The notes under the pieces were generated by a model. The model did not search any database. It saw only the letters and a program-made list of their open reading frames with translations, and was not told the origin of the DNA. Below, piece by piece: positions 57,057-64,000 of a stretch of 64,000 nt of DNA (positions are counted from its first letter, which is position 1; every line of letters begins with the position of its first letter). Made by a program: the position numbers and the translations under genes. Origin of the DNA: an uncultured euryarchaeote (GTDB lineage: Archaea; Thermoplasmatota; Poseidoniia; Poseidoniales; Poseidoniaceae); the NCBI GenBank assembly GCA_964001175.1, contig CAXFAS010000004.1, positions 7,497-71,496 on the forward strand. The letters are read 5' to 3'.

Positions 57057-57891
57057 TCCTTTCACCTTGTTCAAATGATATTGTTGGTCTTTTAGGACGC
57101 CAAAAAGCCCCAGATACAAAGCCAACACATAGACCGCCGAAGAGTAGATTAGCCCAACCATCTGTGGCATATGATCCCATTCCACGAAAGATTGGTATGG
57201 CAAATGAAGGAATAATACCCAATACAAAAGTCCAGAAAATTTCCACTTTGATATTGGAAAAAAAGTCAGCATTTTGAGGTACTTTTACTATATCCCCTTG
57301 CCGGATAGGAGATATAACGAAACGTACAGAGATTCCGTTATTGATTCTGTCCATTGGTATGCTAGATAGTGCGGTAATGTCTAATTTAGAAGGATGTACC
57401 TCTATCGCTGCTTTATGATATTGCATTGGTCCGAAACCTTCGAATTTCCTAGGACGCCCATCCATCATAGCACCTCTGTGATTTGAAGATGTACCATCGC
57501 ATAGTAATTCTCGAGTTTTTGTTGAGATAACTATCTTTTTTTTCTCCAATGAAGCATACCATTCCCCTTGACTAGGGCATCTTATTTCCCATTCATTATT
57601 ATCTTCAATTAAGACTTCTTTTTTCTGAAGTTCAGATGTAAGATGTTCTAACAACACATCCAATTTTTTTTGATCCCATTTACTAGCGTCACCATCAATA
57701 TCAACTCGTTGTGATATCTCATCTAGTTCTTCATTGGTTAAACGCGACTCCATGATATAAAAATCAGGTAATTGAACTTCATGCCTTGGTCTTTGCCCAG
57801 CATATATCCATCCGCCCTTATCTTCTCCGATGAAAATAGAGCCGGAGTCTACTTTTTGGAAAGATAAACCTGCTAAATCCAGCGAGGGCAT
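57037..57891 (-). CDS. Membrane-anchored protein with degenerate FGE/SUMF1-like (sulfatase-modifying-factor fold) domain
   Basis: IFIGEDKGG...GQRPRHEVQLPDFYIMESRLTNEE parallels the FGE-sulfatase N-terminal pattern (F.MG...E.P.h.V.l..F.i....vTn.e). WEIRCPSQGEWYASL parallels RLPTEAEWEYA. Two C-terminal TM helices are present. The ATG at 57891 is preceded by GGAGTGAT; the ORF track starts at 57915. Confidence 0.4.
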   Translation of the reverse strand: MPSLDLAGLSFQKVDSGSIFIGEDKGGWIYAGQRPRHEVQLPDFYIMESRLTNEELDEISQRVDIDGDASKWDQKKLDVLLEHLTSELQKKEVLIEDNNEWEIRCPSQGEWYASLEKKKIVISTKTRELLCDGTSSNHRGAMMDGRPRKFEGFGPMQYHKAAIEVHPSKLDITALSSIPMDRINNGISVRFVISPIRQGDIVKVPQNADFFSNIKVEIFWTFVLGIIPSFAIPIFRGMGSYATDGWANLLFGGLCVGFVSGAFWRPKRPTISFEQGERITKTLP

Positions 57892-57895
57892 ATAA

Positions 57896-58633
57896 TCACT
57901 CCAAACATTTAGCATTCATCCGATTATACCAAGCCATTCCTACTTTGTGATCTTCTAATAGCGAGAATTGAGGGAATGGCGAAATAGATCGCATGTATCC
58001 ATAAACTGAAAAATCTACTAGATTTGGAGACTTTCCACCAAAAAATAAGTCTCCATTATGTTCATTTGTAAATTCGGTCAACAAATCATGCCACAGTTTT
58101 TTTGGAGTTCTTCCGTCTTTCTTGACTCTCTTTTTAGCAATAATGCCCCACATTACAGGAAATCCAGCCCACGCGTAGAGGCGCTTAGAAATAAAACCGA
58201 ACTTTTCAATTTTTGAAATACGTGTTGTAGTCTTAAACGCAGAGCCCAACGTTCCATACAAAATCGGTACAGTGGCCTTAGATACCTTAGTATCAGCCCA
58301 ATTTAACCATTCTTCATTTCTTTTTGGATCTGATATAGATGCTAACTTTCCATTGTTATATCTGTCATCAATTAGTTTCAAAAGGGGCGTGGAATCCACA
58401 TGAAAATCTCCCTTTTCATCGGTGAAAACGGGTACTTTGCCCCAGTCGCCAGCAAACGCGACAGATTTTTTAATCTTCAAACCATTAACTGGAATAAGGT
58501 CAACATCCATTTTCAAGTATTCAATTAGACCTCTAACCTTCCAGCAAAAAGGGCAAGAATAAAGAATATGTAAAGCAGGTTTTTGCCCCATGAATTTGCT
58601 AAAATAAACACCTTCTTCAAACCTTGTCTTCAT
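57896..58633 (-). CDS. Glutaredoxin/GST-fold protein (Grx2 / mPGES2-like)
   Basis: The N-terminal thioredoxin-fold motif is ALHILYSCPFCWKVRGLIEYLKMDVDLIPVN ... KVPVF ... DSTPLLKLI. A helical GST-C-like region follows. An alternative start is at 58591 (MGQKPALHILY). Confidence 0.6.
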   Translation of the reverse strand: MKTRFEEGVYFSKFMGQKPALHILYSCPFCWKVRGLIEYLKMDVDLIPVNGLKIKKSVAFAGDWGKVPVFTDEKGDFHVDSTPLLKLIDDRYNNGKLASISDPKRNEEWLNWADTKVSKATVPILYGTLGSAFKTTTRISKIEKFGFISKRLYAWAGFPVMWGIIAKKRVKKDGRTPKKLWHDLLTEFTNEHNGDLFFGGKSPNLVDFSVYGYMRSISPFPQFSLLEDHKVGMAWYNRMNAKCLE

Positions 58634-58952
58634 CAGATGATACAGGTCTCCATCCCATTTTCCAAAAATCTAAATCATCTAACCATGTTAACCATTCATT
58701 ATCATTACAAGTTAGAAGTCTGAAAGCACGCCCTTCCAAACCATCTTTATTTGCTTTAGAAATAGTTCCAACATTGAAACTATCATTCCACTCAACCTGC
58801 ATTTGCCTTATCTGTCTCTTTGCTTCTTCGGGATTATCGAAATTCATTTCACAAATATTTCTGAGTTCAGAAAGCCACATCCGGCCGTCTTTAAGCAGAG
58901 GGTCATCGAAGGTTCTTTTCTTGGGTTTTTCCCAGAACTTCCACCATGGCAT
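58617..58952 (-). CDS. Hypothetical W-rich 111-aa protein
   Basis: It is the first gene of a three-gene minus-strand unit with overlapping junctions. I recognise no family. Confidence 0.4.
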   Translation of the reverse strand: MPWWKFWEKPKKRTFDDPLLKDGRMWLSELRNICEMNFDNPEEAKRQIRQMQVEWNDSFNVGTISKANKDGLEGRAFRLLTCNDNEWLTWLDDLDFWKMGWRPVSSDEDKV

Positions 58953-59033
58953 AAGATTGCCTAAACTCTCTACTTTTTGAACTTGGCTAAATTTACACTA
59001 GTGTTTGAAATGGTATGACTCATAGCGATTATC

Positions 59034-59465
59034 ATGGGGCGAATAATTGTACATTTACACGGTAAGCCAAAGCAATCATCATTTTCCCAACTAATAGAAA
59101 AATACAGTGATAGACTAAGGGGCAGAAATATTAAGTTGGAAATCCATTCAGATAAATTGAATGCTAATGATTATCAGAATCGATTATTAGATTATAAATT
59201 CGTCTTTTTTTTAGATGAAAGAGGGATTGAATTTTCCTCGGTTGAACTATCAAAGAAGGTCGCAGATTGGTCATTAAATTCTGAGGATGTTCATTTGGCC
59301 ATTGGGCCTGTAGATGGCTGGCCTCAAAGAGAGAAAGTAACGGCTAAAAATTCTATTACTCTGTCAAAAATGACTCTGCCGCATGAATTAGCTGCAGTGG
59401 TATTACTCGAACAACTATATCGTTCAACAGAGATTATTAAAGGAACATTGTATCATAGGATTTGA
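59034..59465 (+). CDS. rlmH: SPOUT methyltransferase RlmH (YbeA) family, 23S rRNA m3-pseudouridine methyltransferase-like
   Basis: The C-terminal signature is AIGPVDGW...ITLSKMTLPHELAAVVLLEQLYRSTEIIKGTLYH (consensus IGG.dG...lSls.mT.pH...R..L.EQlYRa..i..g..YH). It is 143 aa. Confidence 0.75.
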   Translation: MGRIIVHLHGKPKQSSFSQLIEKYSDRLRGRNIKLEIHSDKLNANDYQNRLLDYKFVFFLDERGIEFSSVELSKKVADWSLNSEDVHLAIGPVDGWPQREKVTAKNSITLSKMTLPHELAAVVLLEQLYRSTEIIKGTLYHRI

Positions 59466-59511
59466 GCAAAAAATCAAAACTACATGATTATCCGGGTATT
59501 TAGGGAGCAAC

Positions 59512-60243
59512 ATGTTTTTTGAAGAATCTTCAACCCGGTGGCTTCTAATCATTTTTGAATTTATCATCGCTATAATTCTAATAATGGGGTCAAAAAGTCA
59601 ACCTTTCCCAGAACCATCAAAGAGACTTGGTAGTGTTTTGTTTCTAGTGGCCACCTTATTCCTTATCGGGCAATCGGCACCTAGGCCAGCATCAGTAAAT
59701 GGGCACATGGCATTCCTATCCCTCATAGGTGCCTTAGGACTGGTCTTTGGAGTTCACCACATGTTGAATACTAGGAGAGAAGTCTTGGTTGCGCCAATGT
59801 CTGGTTTTCTATTCTGTGTTGGGGTAGGAGGGTTGATGATTCAGACCTGGTCTTCATTGAGCACTGTTGAGCAGTGGTCAGGATTTTTGGCATTAATTGT
59901 ATTATCCGGGGGGCAGGTTTGGTTAGTTTTCAGGGGGCTATTAATTGGTAGACTGCCACTAGCATGGAGTCAAGCAGGAATGGTGGCACTAAGTAGAGGG
60001 CAAATTTCAGGAGACCATGGAGCGATTTCTTGTTTTGAAAAAGCTTGGGATGTCGATGAAGAACACCTCAATCCAATGGCTTATGTTGCACTACATAGGA
60101 TCTATCAATTCCTTGGAGATGAAGATTCTACAAAAGAATGGTATGATAATTTGGTAGATTCTGGCGGTGAAGAAGCCGTTGCAATCGAGTGGATTGAAGC
60201 TATAGAAAAAAGTCTTATGAATATCAATAAAGAGACGCAGTGA
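59512..60243 (+). CDS. Membrane protein (about 5 TM) with C-terminal soluble helical domain
   Basis: 243 aa. The N-terminal two-thirds are hydrophobic and the tail is acidic. I recognise no family. Confidence 0.45.
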   Translation: MFFEESSTRWLLIIFEFIIAIILIMGSKSQPFPEPSKRLGSVLFLVATLFLIGQSAPRPASVNGHMAFLSLIGALGLVFGVHHMLNTRREVLVAPMSGFLFCVGVGGLMIQTWSSLSTVEQWSGFLALIVLSGGQVWLVFRGLLIGRLPLAWSQAGMVALSRGQISGDHGAISCFEKAWDVDEEHLNPMAYVALHRIYQFLGDEDSTKEWYDNLVDSGGEEAVAIEWIEAIEKSLMNINKETQ

Positions 60244-60352
60244 TGTAATTTTACGTCTATAAGCGGAATTTATTTACCGTTATCCGGCAAAAGATATATT
60301 TTTTTGAACATCTAAACAAAGCAATTAATAAGATAGGAAACTAACTAATAAT

Positions 60353-60625
60353 ATGGGCGATGTAACTGATGGCGGAAAAATTAGTCAAATAACAAATCTA
60401 ACTTGGTTTATTTTTATTGTTTGGTTCTGTTCTAATTTGCTCTCACAATTGGCGTATATTATTGCCTATGGCTTACCATATGATGGTATTTCAATGCTTA
60501 AATCCTTAGGCCCTATTTATTATGTTGCAGTAATTTTTGAAGTTTTAATGTGGCTATTTATTGGCGGTATAATCGGTAAAAAAGCACTTGATAAAATTAG
60601 CAGCCCTGTGACAAATCCAATCTAG
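60353..60625 (+). CDS. Small three-TM membrane protein
   Basis: 90 aa with hydrophobic helices (LTWFIFIVWFCSNLLSQLAYIIAY; IYYVAVIFEVLMWLFIGGIIG). Confidence 0.4.
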   Translation: MGDVTDGGKISQITNLTWFIFIVWFCSNLLSQLAYIIAYGLPYDGISMLKSLGPIYYVAVIFEVLMWLFIGGIIGKKALDKISSPVTNPI

Positions 60626-60711
60626 TCCGTTTTACAACTTAGGGTAAAAGATTGACATATTTGACGAAAGATAAGCGATGAGTTCAAGACCTTCCTAAAT
60701 AAAAGCCACTT

Positions 60712-61197
60712 GTGGCAGAAGAAAGTCCTATACCAGTATTTACTGGAATACCTATGGAATTATCAATGCTTGAAAACGGCGAAGAAAAGTTACGTGAGTT
60801 GCCATATAATGCACAACTTGTGACTATTGAACAGGCAAGAGAAAGTCTTGTTGAAGCTGTTCAATATTTGATAGAATTGCAAGTAATGAATGATGAGGCT
60901 CATCATTTAACAGAAGAGATTGAAATCCTATTAGAGGATTTAGAACCAGAAGATGAACACGTTGTAGAGGTTGCAGATAGATTAGCATCAATAATTAGAG
61001 TGTGGCAAGCAACCGTCTCAAGTTTAGAATTAACAGGAGCTAGAATCGCATCACTAGATCCAGGTCGTTTAGAGTGGTACGGGGTTGTAGATGGCGATAT
61101 TGCACTCTACTCTTGGGTCTTTGGAGAAGAAGATATAGAATGGTATCATTACACTGATTCAACATATTTGACCCGTAAACCCCTCATAGAAGCATAA
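60712..61197 (+). CDS. DUF2203-like protein
   Basis: GTG start. An N-terminal helical region is followed by TGARIASLDPGRLEWYGVVDGDIALYSWVFGEEDIEWYHYTDSTYLTRKPL. From memory the family consensus is G..lKdl..GLvDFp...dG..v.LCWk.GE..i..WH....Gf.gRkpl. Confidence 0.45.
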   Translation: MAEESPIPVFTGIPMELSMLENGEEKLRELPYNAQLVTIEQARESLVEAVQYLIELQVMNDEAHHLTEEIEILLEDLEPEDEHVVEVADRLASIIRVWQATVSSLELTGARIASLDPGRLEWYGVVDGDIALYSWVFGEEDIEWYHYTDSTYLTRKPLIEA

Positions 61198-61225
61198 CTT
61201 GGCTTGTCTAATTGGGAGTGTAATT

Positions 61226-61924
61226 ATGGTTAGAATTACTCGAGTATATACTGGAACAGGTGATGACGGAACATCCTCCTTTGTTGATGGTTCTAGGCAC
61301 GAAAAATCACATTTAAGATTCGAGGTTGTCGGTACCTGCGATGAATTAAATTCTATAGTTGGCATGGCGATTATGGAAACAGATCGTTTACAATCTCATG
61401 AAGATGGAGGAAAAAGTAGTAGTATAAATCGAGTCAAAAACGTAGTCATCTCTGCTTTGAACAGAATTCAAAATGAATTATTTGACTTAGGTGCAGAACT
61501 CGCCTGTATACCAAGTAAAATTCCAGAGCAAATGGAATTGATAAGTAAAAAACAGTCGGAAATGTTACTCGAAGAGATGGATGCTTGGCTCGAACATCTT
61601 GAGCCTTTGAAAAGCTTCATTTTACCCTCGGGGCAAGGTCCCGAGGCTGTAATTCATTTTGCTCGAACCGTCACTAGAAGACTGGAGCGTAATATGGTTA
61701 GACTGGTAAACTCCGAAGGAGAAGAATCAGTTCGTAAATTAGCGCTTGTATATGTTAATCGATTATCTGATTGGCTTTTTGTCATGGGTCGCTGGGTTTG
61801 TGCTTGTTTGGGTCATTCGGAATCTCTATGGGAGCCTTTAGCAAGAAGAGATCAATCCGATGGAATTGCAGATTTAATCAATAAGATTAATTCTAATGAT
61901 AATGATTTTTCTATGATAGATTAG
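61226..61924 (+). CDS. pduO: ATP:cob(I)alamin adenosyltransferase, PduO type
   Basis: MVRITRVYTGTGDDGTSSFVDGSRHEKSHLRFEVVGTCDELNSIVG is the classic PduO/MMAB N-terminus. The ATG at 61226 is preceded by GGGAGTG; the ORF track starts at 61199. Confidence 0.85.
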   Translation: MVRITRVYTGTGDDGTSSFVDGSRHEKSHLRFEVVGTCDELNSIVGMAIMETDRLQSHEDGGKSSSINRVKNVVISALNRIQNELFDLGAELACIPSKIPEQMELISKKQSEMLLEEMDAWLEHLEPLKSFILPSGQGPEAVIHFARTVTRRLERNMVRLVNSEGEESVRKLALVYVNRLSDWLFVMGRWVCACLGHSESLWEPLARRDQSDGIADLINKINSNDNDFSMID

Positions 61925-62358
61925 TCTAATCCTGCAGTTTTCATAAATTCATGAGCGCTTCCAATTAATTCTTTGGTTTCTATATGGGTCACCTGCTCTA
62001 ATGCTTGTTCCCAATCAAGCCACATGTAATTTCGATGTTCCTTCGATAGACTTATTGAGATTTCTTCAGTTGTAGCAATATACCAGTAAACCTGTTTTGA
62101 TTTACGCTTGCCCTTATGCTTAAATTGATATTCAGTCCGATGCTCAAAGTTTTCAACAAATGATAATTCTGAAATTCCAGTTTCTTCTTTTAATTCTCTT
62201 CGGGCAGTTTCATAATAATCTGAGTCTTCTTGCTCTACGTGTCCTTTTGGTAAATCCCAATGACCTTGTGGATACTGTAACAGAAGTATTGAGCCTAGGT
62301 TAACAAGTACTACTCCGCAAGAAGTCTCCATAACTAACTCCAATCGGGCTGTACTCAT
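61921..62358 (-). CDS. NUDIX hydrolase (Ap4A-hydrolase/NUDT2-like)
   Basis: The Nudix box region is GHWDLPKGHVEQEDSDYYETARRELKEETGI. It is 145 aa. Confidence 0.8.
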   Translation of the reverse strand: MSTARLELVMETSCGVVLVNLGSILLLQYPQGHWDLPKGHVEQEDSDYYETARRELKEETGISELSFVENFEHRTEYQFKHKGKRKSKQVYWYIATTEEISISLSKEHRNYMWLDWEQALEQVTHIETKELIGSAHEFMKTAGLD

Positions 62359-62414
62359 GTGTCTTTTGTAGATTAATTAAGAAACTACTTGGTCTAACAA
62401 TTAAACGACCAATC

Positions 62415-63404
62415 ATGAGGGAGGTTGATGGTCAGTATGTGCAGTTGCCTACTTTTGATCGCATAGTTGCCGATTCAGACCTCGATGGACTTTGTGCTGC
62501 GGCAGTTTTGAAGTCATATAATCCGAAAGCCGAGGTAATTTTTTCTCATGCTGCTTTAGTTCGTTCAGGCAAAATAGACGAAATCATCACATCTACCACA
62601 GCAATGGTTGACCTTCCTTTTCATCCAAACTGTGGCTGGTATCTTGATCATCATCAAACCAATAAGCCAAATTTAGAGGAAGAAATAAATTTTACAAAGA
62701 AGGGCGGAGTATGTAATTGGGAAGCAACTCCGTCAGCAGCAAGATTAGCATATAATCTTCTTTCCCCAGTAATCGATTTATCTCATCTTGAAGAAATCAT
62801 GCCAATTGTTGATGCGTTGGATTCAGGACAAATCACTCTCGAGGAATTTTTAGAAGATGGCCCAGTTTTACAGTTATCGCGAACAATTTCACTAAAAAAT
62901 ATTGATTATACTCAACATTTACTAGAACTATTTTCTCGAGGAGAATCAATAAAAGATATACTTTCTAATGAATTTGTCCGAAAAGAAGTTTCTAGAGTGA
63001 GAGATGAGAGAAAGAAAATTCAGGATTATGTGTCAAAGAATACACGGATAATCAACAGGTTAGCAATATGTAGATTAGAAAATTCAGGTTTTCATTCAAA
63101 TGGTTATCTAGTTACGGCATGGGCAGGAGATAGGGCCGATGCTTGCTGTATTATCCATGGATTCGAAGATGGAGATGTTGATGATGCCAACAGGCCTGCA
63201 TTATCTGCAAGTTTTTACGCTAATTCATTCTTACCTGGGGGGCAAAATCGATACGATTTATCCAAACTTGCAACTGCACTAGATGATACTGGTGGAGGCC
63301 ATGTGAATGCTTGTGGTTGTAGAATACAACCGCCCGGTATCGAAGCAAATCTGGAGTTATGGTTAGAGATGTGGAATAATCGCAACCAAGTTTTGGCAAT
63401 CTAA
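62415..63404 (+). CDS. DHH/DHHA1-family phosphoesterase (NrnA/RecJ-like fold)
   Basis: Motifs ADSDLDGLCAAAVL (DxD), WYLDHHQT (DHH) and DDTGGGHVNACG (GGGH of DHHA1). Confidence 0.7.
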   Translation: MREVDGQYVQLPTFDRIVADSDLDGLCAAAVLKSYNPKAEVIFSHAALVRSGKIDEIITSTTAMVDLPFHPNCGWYLDHHQTNKPNLEEEINFTKKGGVCNWEATPSAARLAYNLLSPVIDLSHLEEIMPIVDALDSGQITLEEFLEDGPVLQLSRTISLKNIDYTQHLLELFSRGESIKDILSNEFVRKEVSRVRDERKKIQDYVSKNTRIINRLAICRLENSGFHSNGYLVTAWAGDRADACCIIHGFEDGDVDDANRPALSASFYANSFLPGGQNRYDLSKLATALDDTGGGHVNACGCRIQPPGIEANLELWLEMWNNRNQVLAI

Positions 63405-63889
63405 AGAACAGAAAAAATGTAAAGAAATCCTAAGAAGGCATGAATAATCGCAATTATTACAATGAAATCAGCAGCACGGCCATGTTTTAATTTCATATGA
63501 GTAAATTTTTTGCCACTAATTCGAGCATCCCTTGTTTGTTTACCCATTCTAGCTAATACCACCAGAAGAATGAATCCCAATGGCCCCATATATCCGTGAA
63601 GATTGGTTGGCCAGATTTCTGAAAAAACATCTCCATTACTTCGCCATCCTGCGATTGCTTTACCAATAAATGCAATCATTATAACAACGAAAGTAGCCCA
63701 AACCAATCTATTCCCCATTTTTTCATGATTTTCTAATGCTTCCTTTCTTTTTTCACCTTTCAGTACAGTATTCTTTTTTCGCCAAGAATACTGCCACCAA
63801 ATCCAATAAATCAAGCCACAGGCTAATATTGGGTGGGCAAGAAGTGCTGAAGTTCGAACTAAATCCAAAAGACCACTATTAGGGTCCAA
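63401..63889 (-). CDS. Four-TM membrane protein with intramembrane histidines (DUF4079/cytochrome-b561-like?)
   Basis: 162 aa. His residues lie in predicted helices (LLAHPILACGLIYWIW; NLHGYMGPLGFILLVV; IIAIIHAFLGFLYIF). The family assignment is tentative. Confidence 0.4.
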   Translation of the reverse strand: MDPNSGLLDLVRTSALLAHPILACGLIYWIWWQYSWRKKNTVLKGEKRKEALENHEKMGNRLVWATFVVIMIAFIGKAIAGWRSNGDVFSEIWPTNLHGYMGPLGFILLVVLARMGKQTRDARISGKKFTHMKLKHGRAADFIVIIAIIHAFLGFLYIFSVL

Positions 63890-64000
63890 GTAGTAGTCAT
63901 AAATTTATGTTGGCAGTTAACTAATTTTTTTTTCGTCGTTTATTTTTACTCTTTTTGCCGGTGGGTTGAAGTCCCATCGTCTACGCGTTGAAATTATCCG

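Noticed and set aside
57018-57272. 84-aa minus-strand ORF overlapping the 3' part of the FGE-like gene in another frame
   Set aside because: This alternative-frame hydrophobic ORF lies wholly inside or overlapping better-supported CDSs (57037..57891 and the maeB 3' end). It has no start context.
60291-60303. T-rich/TATA-like element (GATATATTTTTTT) between the 59512..60243 and 60353..60625 genes, as a terminator or promoter
   Set aside because: It is plausible as either an oligo-T archaeal terminator or a TATA box, but the sequence alone cannot distinguish them. It is not reported as a feature.
63955-63990. tRNA-like T-arm (GTGGG-TTGAAGT-CCCAT) near the window end
   Set aside because: No matching 5' acceptor strand, D-arm or anticodon arm lies upstream; that sequence is an AT-rich, T-run spacer. 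The candidate acceptor pairing GTAGTAG/CGTCTAC has two mismatches at an implausible distance. It may belong to something continuing beyond the window.
1-64000. CRISPR arrays, transposases/integrases, prophage genes, rRNA/tRNA genes
   Set aside because: I looked for regularly spaced direct repeats, DDE/tyrosine-recombinase motifs and structured-RNA-sized gaps. None was found, and every gap over 80 bp was read by eye. A covariance-model scan would be needed to exclude small ncRNAs.

Overview
This is a dense, AT-rich 64-kb chromosomal segment. By inspection about 95% is coding. I call about 46 protein-coding genes. I found no rRNA or tRNA genes, no CRISPR array and no transposase or integrase; the intergenic gaps are all under 320 bp and were read by eye only.

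The information-processing genes are clearly archaeal: MCM helicase, archaeal DnaG/Toprim, a TFIIB/TFB-type factor, GatE, two Pth2 genes and a RaSEA-like radical SAM protein. Much of the metabolism and repair looks bacterial-type: an AddAB-like helicase-nuclease pair, MaeB with a PTA-like domain, PabB-PabA plus PabC, RlmH, LtaE, Pip and a PduO-type adenosyltransferase.

These features, plus a 2783-aa surface protein, very acidic proteins and frequent GGAGG-like ribosome-binding sites, suggest a streamlined marine planktonic euryarchaeon (Marine Group II/Poseidoniales-like). That assignment is inference only.

The items most worth follow-up are:
- A translationally coupled AddB/AddA-like helicase-nuclease operon (25.5-34.3 kb) in which both subunits carry Cys4 RecB-type nuclease modules. 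It sits next to a divergent TFB paralogue and a 773-aa zinc-ribbon orphan.
- A polytopic membrane protein with two canonical EF-hands and a HeH/SAP-like tail.
- A beta-propeller fused to a DUF4430 (transcobalamin-like) domain, followed by an S-component-like permease. This is a candidate corrinoid-capture module.
- Tandem Pth2 paralogues.
- A membrane protein with polyproline tracts.
- Recurrent 4-nt stop/stop overlaps between convergent genes.

All functional calls rest on motif recognition in the supplied translations. No database search was run.
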